Assembly (NCBI RefSeq): GCF_009914755.1
Contig: NC_060937.1
Reading direction: 5' to 3' (one strand)
Length of the DNA: 64,000 bases
Source of the DNA: the human T2T-CHM13v2.0 reference genome, Homo sapiens
Shown: positions 17,664 through 40,674 of the stretch, one piece after another
Numbering within the stretch: position 1 is the stretch's first letter
Layout: each line of letters starts with the position of its first letter
Made by a program: the position numbers and the translations under genes
Notes under the pieces: generated by a model
What the model saw: only the letters and a program-made list of their open reading frames with translations
Database searches by the model: none
Told to the model about the DNA's origin: nothing

Positions 17664-18577
17664 TTATCTGAATTTTTCATTTTTCAGCAAAGAACATGTC
17701 AATTTGCGTAATAATTTTTTTTAATGCAAATACATGCAGGAAGGGTAATACATCAAATCATTATCCGTTACTAACTCCTTGATGTTAGTGAATGGGTGTG
17801 ATTTGTTTCCTACACTGGTAAGAAGTGGATTTTGTTAGGTCTGGGGTCTGCAGATCTCAAGGTGGCACTTAAGGCAGTAGAAAGGGAAGAGAGAAGGTGG
17901 AGAACCCTCAAAAGGGAAGTGGGTGGAGAAGGTTGGCTCACACCTTAGGCCCGCCAGCTGCTGCCTGTAACCTTGAGGGCATTTATTTATTTTTATTTAA
18001 AAAATTATTTATTTTTAGTTTTTGTAGCAATGGGGTCCCACTGTGTTGCCCAGGCTGGTCTTGAACTTCCAGCCTCATGTGATCCTCCTGCCTTGGCCTC
18101 CCAAAGTGCTGGGATAACAAGTGTGAACCACTGCTCCTGACCAGAGGGCATTTAATAACAATTAAGGATAATAACAGTTAACCTTTTCTCATGCAAGGCT
18201 TTGCCCAATTATTCTCTTTATAAATAACTTCTCTTTAGAGTCAAACTCAAGTGTTCATAACAAACAAGAAAAACAGCACATGGATTTTAATAACTTTAAA
18301 ATAATGAAAAACAAATGATTCTTCTCCAAACTTTTTCATTTTGATTTCCATCAAAACTTTGAGAAGGTTTTCTTTTACAATTTCCGTATTGGAATCTATA
18401 GACTTTTCTTGAAGCTCCAGTGTAAATACTTCAGGAGTTATAGAGCTCGCATAATTAAATACAAGCAAACATCATCATTTAAACACTTTTAAATAGGTTA
18501 TGCTGACTTTTGCCCCAATATTTTCTAGAAAGGAAGAGTTTGCAAAGGAAATTTACAGTATAAACAACACTGGGGAG

Positions 18578-19003
18578 GTATCTTAGTCCATTTTGTGCTG
18601 CTGTAACAGAAAATCTGGGTCTGGATAATTTATAAAACACAGATTTATCTGGCTCATGGTTCTCAAGGCTGGAAGTTCAAGATTGAGGGACTGTGTCTGG
18701 TGAGGGAGTTCTGCTGTGTCATCTCATGGCAGAAGGGTGGAAAGGCAAAAGGGCACAAGCATGAGAGAGAGAGAGAGAGAGAGACTGAAAGAGAGACAGA
18801 AAGAGGGAGCCAAACTCATCCTTTTATCAGGAAGTTGCTCTGCTGTGATAACTAACCCGCTCAGCATTAATGGCATTAATCCATTCATGAGAGCACAGCC
18901 CTCATGACCTAATCACCTCTTAAAGGTCCTACCTCTCAACACTGTTGCACCAGGGATTAAGTGTCTGATACATCTTTTTTGGGAGACACATTCAAACCAC
19001 AGC
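18578..19003 (-). mobile_element. MaLR solo LTR (MST/MLT1A-type)
   Basis: tatcttagtccattttgtgctgctgtaaca...gccctcatgacctaatcacctct...cacattcaaaccacagca is characteristic of MaLR. Confidence 0.85.
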
Positions 19004-19206
19004 AGGAAGGATGGATTCTTTGCATGAATCACTCCCTACAATATAAGCTATTCAAAACCCATTGCGAATCATTTTATATATTCATGAAAGCATGCCTTCT
19101 ATGGCTGGCTCCCTGGCAACAAATGTGATGGGCAGAGGATAGAAGGTACCAGAGTAACAGATCTCTAAATGTCGAAGGCAAAATGTAGACTTTTAAAATA
19201 AACTCT

Positions 19207-19321
19207 ACCAGGTGCAGTGGCTCATGCCTGTAATTCCAGCACTTTGGGAGGCCAAGGCGGGAAGACTGCCAGAACCCACAAGTTTGAGACCAGCTTGGGC
19301 AACATTAGACCCCATTTCTAC

Positions 19322-19353
<32 letters not shown>

Positions 19354-20017
19354 CCAGGTGTGGTGGCTGTGCCTGTGGTTCCAGCTACTTGGGAAGCTGA
19401 GGTGGGAGGATTGCTTGAGCCTGGAAGTCGAAGCTGCAATGAGTTGTGATTGTGCCACTGCACTCCAGCCTGAGGTGACAGAGAGAGACCCTGTCTCAAA
19501 AGAAAAAAAAAAGAAGGAAAATAAATTCCAATTGTTTATCAAGTAGTTGGAGATATTGAGGCTTGAAGAGGGAAGCAATATTGAGGCAGTGCCTTGTTCA
19601 TTGAATCTAAGAGGCCGTCAAGCGTAAGATGTACTGTACTTTGGACAGAAAAAACTGGCAGGGTGTGGTGGCTCACACCTGTAATCCCACACTTTGGGAG
19701 GCTGAGGCAGGCAGATTGCTTGCCCAGGAGTTCAAGACCAGCCTGGGCAACATGGCAAAACCCTGTCTCTTCAAAACAAACAAACAAACAAAGAAAAACC
19801 CAAAATGACAAAAATTAGCTGGGCGTAGTGGTGCATACCTGTGGTCCCAGCAACTCTGGAGGCTGAGGAGGGAGGATCACTTGAGTCTGGGAGGCAAAGA
19901 TTGCAGTTTAAGCCAAGATCAGGCCACGGCACTCCAGTGAGCCAAGATCAAGCCACTGCCCTCAAGCCTGGGCAACAGAGCGAGACCCTGTCTCAAAAGA
20001 AAAAAAAAAAAAAAAAG
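19207..20017 (+). mobile_element. Two AluJ-like elements (about 19207-19511 and 19657-20017)
   Basis: Two forward Alu bodies; the second carries an internal 29-bp duplication. Confidence 0.88.
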
Positions 20018-20812
20018 AACCACTGCCAACTAAATTATGACATATAAACTGCAAAATGCATCCCAATTTTAAAAATGTTAAAATGTGGGGGAAAGTACCA
20101 CCTTGGATCAATGAACTACAGCATTCCCCCAGTCTGCTTGCTCCCACCTCCTTGTCAGGGTGTGACGGGATTCTACTCACAGTGCCTGTGGCTCCTTAAC
20201 TGCTACACGGGGACACCAACCCTCCTCCCAGCTCACTTCACTGTGAAGGCATTTAGACGTGTCCTTACTTGGCAGTAGAGTGGGTCTGTACTCCAAGTTC
20301 CTGTCAGAGTATAATCCCCATTTCTCTCCCATTTGATACTCAGCAAAAACTCAATGGAGAGAAATCATGCTTGCAGTACTGCCGGCAGGATTGGCAGCCC
20401 ATCCATTTTGCTCTACTCTGTTTACCCTTGGATTGAGCCAGATCAGCAGAGAGCAAAGCCCTGGAACCACGCTGGGTAATCCCTCATGGGAAGGCCTGCG
20501 CAGACGCTCCTGCTGGCGGGCTGTTGGCCCACGCCAGGGAGGCTGTTAGAAACAGCCCGAGTTGTCCTGAATTTGCTGTCAAGGACACAGCAATGGGTCT
20601 TCATGAGGACCACTGGAGACATTTTTCACGTCTTCATACCAGAAATTTAAAAAAATAAATAAAATTTTAAGAAATGGAGGATATGATCACTACGCATTAC
20701 ATACATGCAGCAAATTTTCTCATGTATCCCATAAATGTGCACAAATTAAATAAATATGAAGGTGTTTTTCTTAATGCAGTTGTTATAATCATAAAAAGTT
20801 GTGCATGGATGA

Positions 20813-21200
20813 TGTATTAGTCCACTGTCACATTGCTACAAGTAACTACCCGAGACTGGGTAATTTATAAGAAAAGAGGTTTAATTGGCTCAGGGTTCTA
20901 CAGGCTGTATAGGAGGCATGGCTGGGGGAAGCCTCAGGAAACTTACAATCATGGCGGAAGGCAAGGTGAAGCCGGCACTTCCTACATGGGCGGAGCAAGA
21001 GGAAGAGAGCGCGAAAGGGACATCGCTACACACTTTACAACAGATCTCGTGAGAGCTCTATCATGGGACAGCACTAGGGGAATGGTGCTAAACCATGAGA
21101 AACCACCCCCATGATCCAGTCACCTCCCACCAGGCCCCTCTTCCAACACTGGGACCTACAATTCAACATGGGATCTGGGTGGGGACACAGAACCATATTA
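20813..21200 (-). mobile_element. MaLR solo LTR (MSTA-like)
   Basis: tgtattagtcc...gagactgggtaatttataagaaaagaggtttaattggctc...cctcaggaaacttacaatcatggcggaagg. Confidence 0.88.
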
Positions 21201-21369
21201 GGTGATGTAAAATTCACTTCCTTACAAAGGTTTCTGACTATGGTTAAAACACATCAGCCTGAGTTTGGCCCATGGGGAAGTAAAGAATAACTACTGATAA
21301 TGAACCAGGAAATCTGACTGAATAAATTACCAAATAAAATGATATTATGAACAAAAATAAAACACACCT

Positions 21370-22500
<1,131 letters not shown>

Positions 22501-23624
22501 TAAGCTCTTGGGGGTGACTACGGGATGACCACAGAATGGACCACCCCCAAGGGCAGCACTACCAGTGAGGCCACCACTGGGGCTACTCAGACCACAGACC
22601 TGCTGCTCCCGCCATGACTGCCTCTTGATACCCAGGGAGTTGGACACTTGGTATAGTAATGCCAAACTCTCACATTTCCATGACCTTACTTGTCTGCACA
22701 AAACAGAAAAGAGGGAGAGAGACAGAGAGAGAGGGAGGGAAGAAGACAGGAGAGAGAGAGGGAGACAGAGAGAGAGAGAAACAGTAGAAAATGGCCTCTA
22801 TATTTTCACCCTCCAAATCTCTCAAGTACTTCTGAAAGGTAAAACCAATTTGGCATCTGGGACCAGGGCCTGCAGCCTCTGCAGGGTAGGAAGCCAACCT
22901 AGAAGGAGAGTGGAACACAGACTGAGCTATCAGAGCTACAGCATCCGCCACAACATACCAAGGGCCTGGTCTATGTGCTGGGCAAGGCAGAGATCAGATC
23001 TGTGAGCTCAAGAGTCTAGTAAGAAAGGCAAGCACTGAACAAGTTAACGTAAGTACCTGCTCCCCAGCCACCACAGAACTGCTAATTCATCTCCCAGACG
23101 AGTGTTTTCTGAAACGCAATGTAATCACGAGTCCCTCTTGGTGCTGAGGGTAAGTGCCAAATTGGTGCTTTCCTTCTCTCAATTCTGTAGAAGGTTAGGG
23201 CATGCATTTTGCATATTTATTTCATGCTCATCTTATTTCTCTCTCACTCTCCCTGTGTTCCTATTTCCTGATTTACTTTTCATCATAATGTATTATGTAT
23301 TTCTGCAAGGCATCTCCAATCTTCCTCCTTGAAAAAGGACAAATATAAATCAATCATCTCTCTGCATGGGGCCCCAGTGTTTACCCATTTACTCAGGAGG
23401 AGTCAGCTCACTCACCAGCTCCTATTTGGGTTCACAAACTTTAAATAGTATAAATATAAAAACAGAAGCTTTCAATTCATTTCTGGTTTCACATTGGTAA
23501 CCAAAAAAGACTGGTGAGAAGATTAAAAGATGAGGCAAGAACATTTCCTTTGGAATAAAAAATTAATGTAACACTGCAGTATTCTAAGATAATTGGTTTT
23601 ACTAATGTGGAACAATTAATGCCA

Positions 23625-23875
23625 GCCATAAAATGTATAATTAAACATTTTATTATTACAAATTCAAATTTGTTCTCTTTTCCCTATATCACCATTTAAT
23701 TGAACAACAATACAACGAAAACTGGTCGCCTTAAAACCAATTTGAAACAGGTTGTTCAGGAGCAACAATACAAAAACAAAGTGTAGACTGGAATGTATTA
23801 CATTTTGGCCAAACAAAAAGATTTGATTCATTCTGGTTCATGAAGTTAGATAATGGTGTTTATGGTTTTGAAAGT
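23625..23875 (-). terminator. EBPL: EBPL 3' UTR with polyadenylation signal
   Basis: AATAAA on the minus strand at 23649-23654 (tttatt on plus), about 220 nt after the stop. The cleavage position is inferred. Confidence 0.75.
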
Positions 23876-24169
<294 letters not shown>

Positions 24170-24899
24170 TCAGAGTCATGACATCTTGTCTGTAATGGCG
24201 GCATCAACAGTCTTCGCTATGAAAACCGTCCTAAGTTGGGCCTCAGATGTTGGGTGGTGCTATTTTGATGGGGGCAAGTCAATCTAATTAATGAAGGCTC
24301 ATTCTTTCCTTAGAGGAGCAACACTGCCCTTTCTAGATTATTCTCAGAGTTAAGTAAGGACCCTCAGGGATCCTGACCCATTCTTGGGGAAATTTGGTGA
24401 GATCACACCTGACTTAACACAGAGAGGCCTGACTCTGAATCTCACCATGAGCCATTATAAAAGGGGAGAGTGAGTAATAACCCCTTCCTCAAACAGTGTA
24501 GTGCAGACTAAATGAGATATGAGGATAAAGGGCCAAGCGATGGGCAAGTAAAAGGCTCAATAATGCAAATATCACAAATGTTTAAAATAATAAACACATG
24601 GGCACACGTAGTAAGTTTGCAACCAGCGTCATGGAGTGAAAAATACGTCAAGGTACCAAGGAAAAATTTAATTTTTATTGCCAACTATCTCTCTAAAATT
24701 GGGTGGGGAAGGAAGCTTTAAATAAGACTTCTTCATTACAAGATGGTGGAAAATGGAATGCAGCTGTGCCTACTTGAAATTGTTTTAGGGATTCATCTCA
24801 GGATAGCAATCTATTCACCCCAGGCCACTCTGTCCCTAAGGAAAGAAAAGGAAGGAAGGGAGGAGAGTTTATAGTCTCTGAGTCTGATAGGATGGATAA

Positions 24900-25843
<944 letters not shown>

Positions 25844-25963
25844 TCTATTCTTCCACCTTTTATCTAACAAATATATGTGGTCACAACCTACTCCAAAGGT
25901 CACCTAAGTGTTGGGACATGTAATGTCTCCCCTCCTTCCAGCAGGACAGAAGAAGGGCACCTA

Positions 25964-26128
<165 letters not shown>

Positions 26129-26563
26129 TCAAATGGCAACAATTTTTATGACAGTTCATGGAAATGACCTTTCTTTCCTTTAAGGTGGAGATAAAATGAG
26201 TAATCGCCACTCTCTCTGCATTCTTCACGATGCCTTAGTGGAAGGCAGGAGAAGCCCTGGGACCAAAATGCGTTTACCACCTGACACAAGCACTGAGAAC
26301 AGCAGCAGGTTTACAGGTGTCCAATCATTCAGTTTCCAGGATGCTTTCACATACACGCCCTCCTCAGCCCCACCCTCTTCAACATAAGTAGCAGAATTTT
26401 AAAAGAATTCAACATGGTCAGATTTTGCAAAGACAATCTCCAGTCATGATCTTGGTAAATACATTGTAATTCCTTACTTCAAAATTTCCATATAAATTCT
26501 GTAAGTATAATGGAGATGTGGGAAATTTGTTATGAAGGACATGTTTATAAAAAACACGTTTAT

Positions 26564-27165
<602 letters not shown>

Positions 27166-28021
27166 AACAACACGTTTATTAATAACAGAAGAGAAACTAG
27201 GTGCTGAAGGGACAGTGGGCAGGGAGGGGAGGAGAGAGCCCAGACTGCAGAATGAATCGGAGTGGGCAGAGGGGCATCTCCGCCCACAGGGACAGGGAAC
27301 TCACAATGGCTCTCACACAGTCTCAGCTGTGCTGCTTGGGGAGCCAGTGTGCTCTCAGAGATCCATCCAGACCCATTATCAGAGTGGTTTCTTCTCGGGA
27401 ACACCATGACTCAGAAAGTCTTTTCAGGGCTGGAATGATGGCCAGGTATTATGGAGGCCATTAAAAATTATTTAATTACTTTCTTAATTTGTAAAAGTAA
27501 TACATGCTGGTCCTAAGATCTCAAATGATTACAGTGAAAAAATGGAAGTGATCACACCTCGTCTCCCCCTTTAATACTGCCTCGCATTATTCAGAAAAGG
27601 TGTGAAGTCCACAGAGGAGCCTGTGATCTGCTACTGAGCAGCACACAGCTCTTGTCTCATAAAGACCAGAGGAAGGATCCCTCAGGGCCTGGGACAAAGG
27701 TTTCTAACAAAAGGCTGTCCTAAGAGAAAGGACAATAAGAGGATTAGCTATTTAATGGGATAACACACAAGGCACATGCTGAGGGAATGTTCTGTGAGAG
27801 GCCACCGAGAGTCATCAGCCTGTCCTTAGCTGACTGTCTGCAGTCTCCTGTGCCCTCCAATAACTAACTGGAAAACAATGTCATATTGAAACGTTTCTCC
27901 TCTAAATTTAAATATACATACAATAGGTGAAATGTACCAGTTAGTGCACCTAAAATCTAATAAAATATCACCTAAGTAAAATGTCAGTTCTTTAGGAACA
28001 AAAAGAGATATTGACCAAGTC

Positions 28022-28611
<590 letters not shown>

Positions 28612-28824
28612 TTCAACAAGTCTTTTTTTTTTTTTTAAGCATTTGGAAGGTGTTATGGTAGGCCCTGATAATGCAGCTGCAAGTAGGACCATGTTGGCCC
28701 TTAGTGGCCCACATCCTAGTGAGGCTGAAAACCAGGCAGTAAGTGGCGGTTAGCGAATATGAGGGCAGGGAAGAAGTGGCACTGAAGCCAGACTACGAAC
28801 TTCAGGGAAGACTTCCTGGAGGAG

Positions 28825-29855
<1,031 letters not shown>

Positions 29856-31194
29856 AGAGATGACTCCAGATCTGAGTGGAAAATAAGGGTGTTTCAGGGA
29901 GGAGCATGTGCAAAGGCCTGGAGCTGAGAGGTAGCGTGTCTGAATCTACAGACAGTTTAGCAGAGCTGATGGTGGGGGAAGGTTAATGCGTGAGAGGAAG
30001 GTAGGGGACGGATAGTAAGGGGCCCTGGAATCCACCAGTCCCAGCGCATCTCCCTGTGGCATCTCCCTCTGGCAGTCCCTCTGGCATCTCCTCTACTGCT
30101 AAACTTTAACCATCTCTTTGCTTATTAAACACTGAAACAATAAAAAGGCAAACAGGAGCATTAAAAAGCCTGACGATGTGATCATTTCCATTGATTCTGT
30201 GACTGATAACTGGACTTAGGTGAGGTTTACAAGGAAAAGATGCAAACTAAGGGTCGGGGTAGATTTCCTCAACCAGAGCCATTGTTGTGTCCTCAACCAG
30301 ACAGTGGAGACCAGGAGATGCTGAGTATTCATGAGGTTTATGGCTGGCCCTGCATCCCAGTGAAGCCAAGGTCAGAACACAGGTCATCATCAGAAGGTCC
30401 TGCCCTAGACACACGGTATCAGAATCTGCATTTGAGTAAGATTCCCAGGTGATCTGGGGCACTTTGGAGTCTGGGAAGTACTACTTGCTTTACATTATCT
30501 ACTGGATTTTTACTTTCATGAAAATAAAGGACACCTTCAATAAATGAGTTTTTACTGCGTTTTGGTTTTTAGAAATACGGTCTTACTGTGTTGCCCTGGC
30601 TAAATTCAAACTCCTGGGCTCAAATAATCCTCCTGCCTCAGCCTCCCAAGTAGCTGGGGCTCCAGGCTCATGCCACTGCACCCAGCTAGTTTTCACTTCT
30701 TTAAGGTGCATAATGTAAACGTGAAGATGATAGAGAAAGCCTGTGTTAGACATTTGCATTTCATGGGATTGAGCCAAATCTGGGCTGTTTGCTTTCTCTC
30801 ATGCCAGGCAGGGCAGCCAGGGGAGGAGGTGTCAGCATGGCATCTGGCAAAGGGGAGAAGAGGACACTCAGCAGGGAGGAGCCATGACTCAGGCTGGGGT
30901 CCGTCAGCCTCTGGGCTTCACCAGCAATCCCCAGGCAGAGTTTAATGCAGCCAATCAAAAGTGCATAGCTGCATTCAGCTGAGCCCTGGATCTGAAGTGG
31001 CTCTACTCTGGTCAAGGGGGCTCAAACTCCTTGGCTAGGACTTGAGGCATCAAAGATGACACCTTTTCCTTTGGGAAGTACTAATGAGCCTACTCAATTC
31101 TCTAGATGTTTCCTAACACTAGTGGTAAACAGGAGTCCCCCACACAGATCCTAGCTGGAGATGATTTTAGAGTCACAAAGAAATGAGATATATG

Positions 31195-32320
<1,126 letters not shown>

Positions 32321-32324
32321 AATA

Positions 32325-32605
32325 TTGTTTAATATAATAGCTTTATTAAGATGTAATTCACATGCCACACAATCTACCTATTTAAATAATTGGTTTTAGT
32401 AGAATCACAGGTTTGAATCACCACAATCTAATTTTAGAACATTTCATTACCCCAAAAAGAAATCCGTGCCCATTAGCAGTCACTCCTCATTTCCCCCCAA
32501 CACCCCCACCCCTACCCTCATTCCCACGCAACCAGTAATCTACAGTATCTCTACAGACTCACCTATTCTGGACATTTCATATAAATGAAGTCATACAGTA
32601 TATAA
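32325..32605 (-). mobile_element. L1MB 3' fragment
   Basis: ctttattaagatgtaattcacat...cctattctggacatttcatataaatg is the reverse L1MB 3' end. Confidence 0.75.
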
Positions 32606-32679
32606 TAGAGGCGTTTGACAGTCACACTTGCAATAAACCTCCTCCAACATTTCAAACGCAAACGTTTTTAATTACTTAC

Positions 32680-32749
32680 ATAAAGAAGCAATCAAGCCAT
32701 CGGAATTTGCAACGTTTCCTACTAAAGACAAGTAGACAAAAGGGCCTTC
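32680..32749 (-). CDS. EBPL: EBPL coding exon 2 (EGPFVYLSLVGNVANSDGLIASL + first base of W)
   Basis: Acceptor ttttctcctctctag|GAAGGC and donor TTTAT|GTAAGTAA. 70 nt; joins exon 1 in phase 0 and keeps frame. Confidence 0.96.
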
Positions 32750-34046
32750 CTAGAGAGGAGAAAATGAAGACATGCTCTAATACAGCATCACAACCACAGG
32801 ATGGCACCGTAGACACATGGCATTGCCTGGCTCCATCCCCCACCCTTCTCCATGGCTCACATCCTGGCCACAGCCTGGAAACATCCATACAACCTTGTGG
32901 GATACAATCTTGGGACCTGGTTACCTGGACCTTGGAAATGGGTATGTCTCACCCTAATGTACAATTAATGTTGTTTTTCAATGATTGGCACTGTAAAAGC
33001 AGAGATGTGTTCTTATGTGGAAAAAGTGAAATTTTTGCATAAGAGTTTAACTACTGTATTAAATAGAGTAAGCTCTAGATTATTCCAGGGATCTTAAGTC
33101 TTTGCGGAGAACCCCACAGAAGTTCACTTTTTTTTAACTCAAAAAAATCTAAGATCTTAAAGAGAAAGGCAATCAAGTTTATACCAGCATTGAGCAATCC
33201 TCCCCCCTTCTCCTATATAAGGGCAAGTTTAGGAAGATTTAAAACAGTTACAGGCTACATTTAACATTCAGGTAATAAAATATCTGCAATTACAGTTAGT
33301 ATTTTCCCATCACTGAAGTGCTTCTTTGCCTAAGATTTCTAAAACTAAACAGCTAGAAGCCACTGGGATATGTAATTGTCATGTTGCTCCTTTGAACAAA
33401 TTTTGCTGCTGGTCAATAAAACTTTTTTCTCATTCCTTTTAAACAATCATTTGTATGACATTAAAACTGGGTCCTGCCACCCCAGAGGTCACCACTCTCA
33501 ATCACATCTCTTTGCAGTTCCCGCGGTGATTTCATAATATACTTACACTGCTATTTCCTTCGACTACTAGCAGGAAAAGCTATTGTTTGATTGATACTCC
33601 TTCCTCTCCCGTTTCCAGTCCTTCGAGTTTCTGATATATTATTCTATTACTTACACAAATTTGTAACTTAAGTAAAAAAACTGAAAACCTCAGCTCACTC
33701 ACTCATCAATTTTGTGCAGTCTCTGGGCTTCTAAACCACGAAAGAGTATGACAGCCTCTACCAGGCTCCCCGCACCCTGTTCCCAACTCTCAATTTCTGT
33801 CCAGTTTGCTTGTGCATTGTTGAGACTGATTACATGTCCTTTCTTGTTCTCTAAACATATTTGTTTTCCCTGTTTTATCTGTAACTGGATTCTAAAAGCT
33901 GAAAAAGCCAATTAACAGCATTTACAATGTTGTGATTATGGAAACAGCGTTCACTGTAATGGGCCACAATTTCTTTCCTTAGGGATCCCGTATCCTGACT
34001 CCTGTGTCATTTAAGGATAATGCTGCAAATGAAGTATCCTTTGTTT

Positions 34047-34381
<335 letters not shown>

Positions 34382-35489
34382 TGAGACAAATAGCTGTGTT
34401 TTTAACAAATAAGTACTCCCCAGTCCACTTACTTTGCAACACTTTATTTTTACCAGCCAATTTTTTATTTTTAGCAGAGCCATAGGGTGAAATCCATACC
34501 ACTTCCTTGCTCTGGCCTGAGAACTTTCTACACAAAGCACATCCACTGGGCTGGCCAGTGGGGCAATGGGGCTGGACTGGATTTGACCCTCTCTAGGCCT
34601 CAGGCCATCTATCTGTAAGATGAAGGACTTCCTTCCTATAGATTGTAAATCTCATCCTAAAACGAAATGCAACCTCCACTGGCGACCTCTTTCACTGGAC
34701 CCATTAGTAAGATGTGGAGTCTGACACCAGGTTGCAGACCTTTCCACAGAAGCAACTCTGGGTAAGAGCAAGATGGGGAACTGGAAATCAGTAACATGCA
34801 GGAACCTATGAGTCTATAACAAATCCGTTTCCTTTTACATTTACTTGTTGAAGCTCTACTCATTTTTCAAATCCCAGCCCTAACCCCCTTCTTCAAGAAA
34901 CCTTCTTTGACCTCCTAGTGAGAATTAATATCTCACTCTCCTAAATCTCCCATGTGGCTAAGTTTGTTTCTGTAACCAGCAGCTATCTGCTCGCTATGGA
35001 CCCCCAGCTCCCATTGGATCACACATCATTGGGATCTGGAATACTGTCATCTCTACCTTAGAATCCCCAAGAAACATGACATTTGTGTTCCGTGTTTGCT
35101 AACCTTGAATTAAGTTCATACAACAAATTACTTATAAAGAAGGATGCCCTGAAGAGGCTTTTAGACTGCCCTATCTCTTACTGTATTAATGTCCTAAATG
35201 TAAAGATAGTATAATACATATCAAGTGTAACGAATATTCATGCCTTCAAATGCTGATCAGGTGTCACCTCCTCCAGGAAGCAAGATTTTACTATTCTCCT
35301 GCTGGGAGGTCAGTGCCCTCCTACACAGAAACTTGCTCACTTGTCTCTTCCCAAAACTGCCAGTTCTCTGAGGGCCAATTCTTTCTCTTTTATCTCTGTA
35401 TTGCAAATGGCTAACACATAGAACATGCTAATAAGCGTTTCCTAAAAGAGTAAGAAATAAAAGGGATAATAGAAAACAAGACAGTTAAA

Positions 35490-37450
<1,961 letters not shown>

Positions 37451-37973
37451 AACAGAGAAAGACATGGGAGAAAGAGTACCATGACTAAATGAATGGGCTT
37501 TTTTTTTTTTTTGGCAACTGTCAGGACTTAAAAAAAAAATTTAGAATAGGCCAGGCTCTGGCCTCAGAGAGCTTATTGTCTAGTTGGATAACAATGACTT
37601 CCAATTCAATAAAGGATGGAGGAAGATGAGGGAGCTGTAGATGAGGCAGTGAGGAAAAATTTCAGAGGGAGGCAGGCTGAGAGGTAGGAGGACAGGGATG
37701 GAGCCCAGAGGATGGTGTGAGGCCCGTGGGTCCAGCTTTTGCCCTGCTCAGCCCTGTGGCACAAACAGTAGTGCTCAGGGGTACTGTGTACATTAACAAC
37801 GTGTGCAACCATCGCCACCATCCATTTCCAGAACTCTTCATCTTCTAAAACTAAAACAATGTGCCCACTAAACACTGATTCTCCATTTCTTCCCTCTCTC
37901 AGCGCAACACCCAGCACTCTATTTTGTGCATCTATGAATGTATTTTAGGTACCTCGTGTAAGTGAAATGAGAC

Positions 37974-38354
37974 CAGTCATGCTAAGCCTCACAACGGTGA
38001 TACGCTCTGAGAAATGCATCATTAGACAGTTTTGTCATTGTGTGGACATCATAGAGTGTATTCACACAAACCTAGGTTGTGTAACACTTACCTCACACGT
38101 AGGCTATATGGATAGCCTTTTGCTCCTGCGTTACAAACCTGTACGGCATTACTGTACTGAATACTGTAGGAAATTATAACACAATGGTATTTGTGCATCT
38201 AAACACAGAAAAGGTAATGCACTGCACTACAACATTATGACAGCTATGATGTCTCTAGACAATAGGAATTTTTCAGCTCCATCATAATCTTATGGGACAA
38301 CCATGGTATATTCAGTCCCTTATTGACTGAAATGTCCTTATGCAGTGATGACTG
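37974..38354. mobile_element. Tigger3/MER7-type DNA transposon relic inserted in a minus-strand L1MB (about 37770-38980)
   Basis: Terminal inverted repeats CAGTCAT...ATGACTG and internal ctgagaaatgcatcattag...acatcatagagtgta. Confidence 0.8.
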
Positions 38355-39210
38355 TATTTGTCCTTTCATGTCTGGGTTATTTCACTTAGCATAGTGTCTT
38401 CTAGGTTCATCCATGTTGTAGCATGTGTCAGAATTTCGTTTCTTTTTAAGGCTGAATAATATTCCACTGTATGCAGGCACTGCATTTTGTTTATTCATTT
38501 GCTGGTGGACATTTATGTTGTTTCCATTTTGGGGTTATTGTGGCTCATAAGTCTGCTGCTATGAACACTGGTTTGCAAGGATCTGTTGGAGTGCCTGGTT
38601 TCAATTCCTTTGGGTGTATATGTAGAAGTGGAATTGCTGGATCTTAAGATAAATGTTCAGCTTTCTGAGGAGTTCCCACACTGCTTTCTGCAGCGCTGGC
38701 ACCATTTTGCATTCCCACCAACAGTGCACCACAGTTCAAACTTCTCCACATTCTTGGCCAACACTTGTTATTTTCCGTTGTTGTTATTGTTTTTTTTTTT
38801 TTTAATAGTACTCATCCTAACGAGTGTGAAGGAGTATCTCACTGTGGTTTTGATTTGCATTTCCCCTAATGACTGACTAGTGATGCTGAACATATTTTCA
38901 TGTACATATTGAGCTCTTTGGAGGAATTTCTATTCAAATCCTTTGCCTACCTTTGAGGTATTTTTTAATTGTTAAGAATGTAAGTTTTAAAATGGAGATA
39001 TCATCACTTGGAATTTGAAACCACTGGGCTAGACTGCCCCATGGGCAAGATGAACCAATAATTCTCAAAGCATTTGGTAAAGCAGAGCAGGGGCCATTTT
39101 CATAAGAATCTGAGAACAAGATCTGCCCACTCATCATGAGGGCAAGGGGTCTGCAGTGAATCTTGAGTCCCCCCTCCCCTGCTGCCTGGTAACCTCCTCT
39201 TCGGTCTTTA

Positions 39211-39581
<371 letters not shown>

Positions 39582-40674
39582 CTAGGCCTGGACAGTCTTA
39601 TCACTCACCAGACTGCATGACAATGATTTGTTTCCCTCTCTGCTTTCCCTACTATTAAAGCTCCTTAAGGGCGGGGCAAGGTTGATTACATGCAATAAAC
39701 ACCAAATACACATACAGTGAGATTTTATAGATAATCCCAGGCTGATTCTCCAGACTTTCCACAGCTATCCCTGAATCATGTGGTATTAGCCGGGCCACCT
39801 AATTCCTTAGTCCTTCCTAATTTTTTTTTAGTGATAGCAGAGATGACATGGGTCCAGAGGTGTGACTTGCAAAAGTCCTTTGTTGAAACATTCAGTATAT
39901 TAAAAAAATGCTCTCGTGTGATTTAAAAAATAGGACCACTGCAGACATGGGCAGGTCTGGTGGGTCAGTGTGCACTGGCACTGTCTAAATAGCAGGTCAT
40001 CCTTTTCCGGGAAGGGGCAGTGGTTCTACATGAGGACACTGCCCTTGTGTTTTATGTAAAAAGGAAGCCAAATAGACCAACAAACACTTGTCTTTTCTTC
40101 ATGAAGTAGGTAATACACCAGTAGCAACTCCCTGATTCTTCCCTGAAACAATGCTAAGAGCTGGTATCCCTTCCCTGTATCATCACACTTGTCCACTCCC
40201 ACTGCAGCCCACGTCAATCCTGCTGCATCCCACCCCAGGAAGGTCATTCAGATCAAAGTCAGAAAAAGCACATGGTGAAAAGGAGGTGAGCCTGCCAATA
40301 TCAGAGTTCCAGGTGACATCTCTGAACATTCTGTGATTCTGAGACTGGCTGGCTCTTACCCTAACAGAACTCACAAATATAAATCAGCAAACATAGGCCC
40401 ACCACTTTAGGCTGCACCATCCACAGCTGATTCTCATCAATAAAGACTCCATGCAAAAACAAACAAACTAGGTGTGGGAGGCAGAGGCCCCAGCTTCAGA
40501 ATGAGACCTGCTATTATGGTTTTAAAGATTGTAAGGGCTGGACGTGATGGCTCACGCCTGTAATCCCAGCACTTTGGGAGGCTGGGGCAAGCAGATCACC
40601 TGAGGTCAGGAGTTCAAGATCAGCCTGGCCAACAGTGAAACTCCTTCTCTACTAAAAACACAAAATACAAATAT

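Noticed and set aside
19911-19965. 29-bp internal duplication in an Alu (also a 19-bp one at 49892-49929)
   Set aside because: Ordinary slippage duplications within dead Alu copies.
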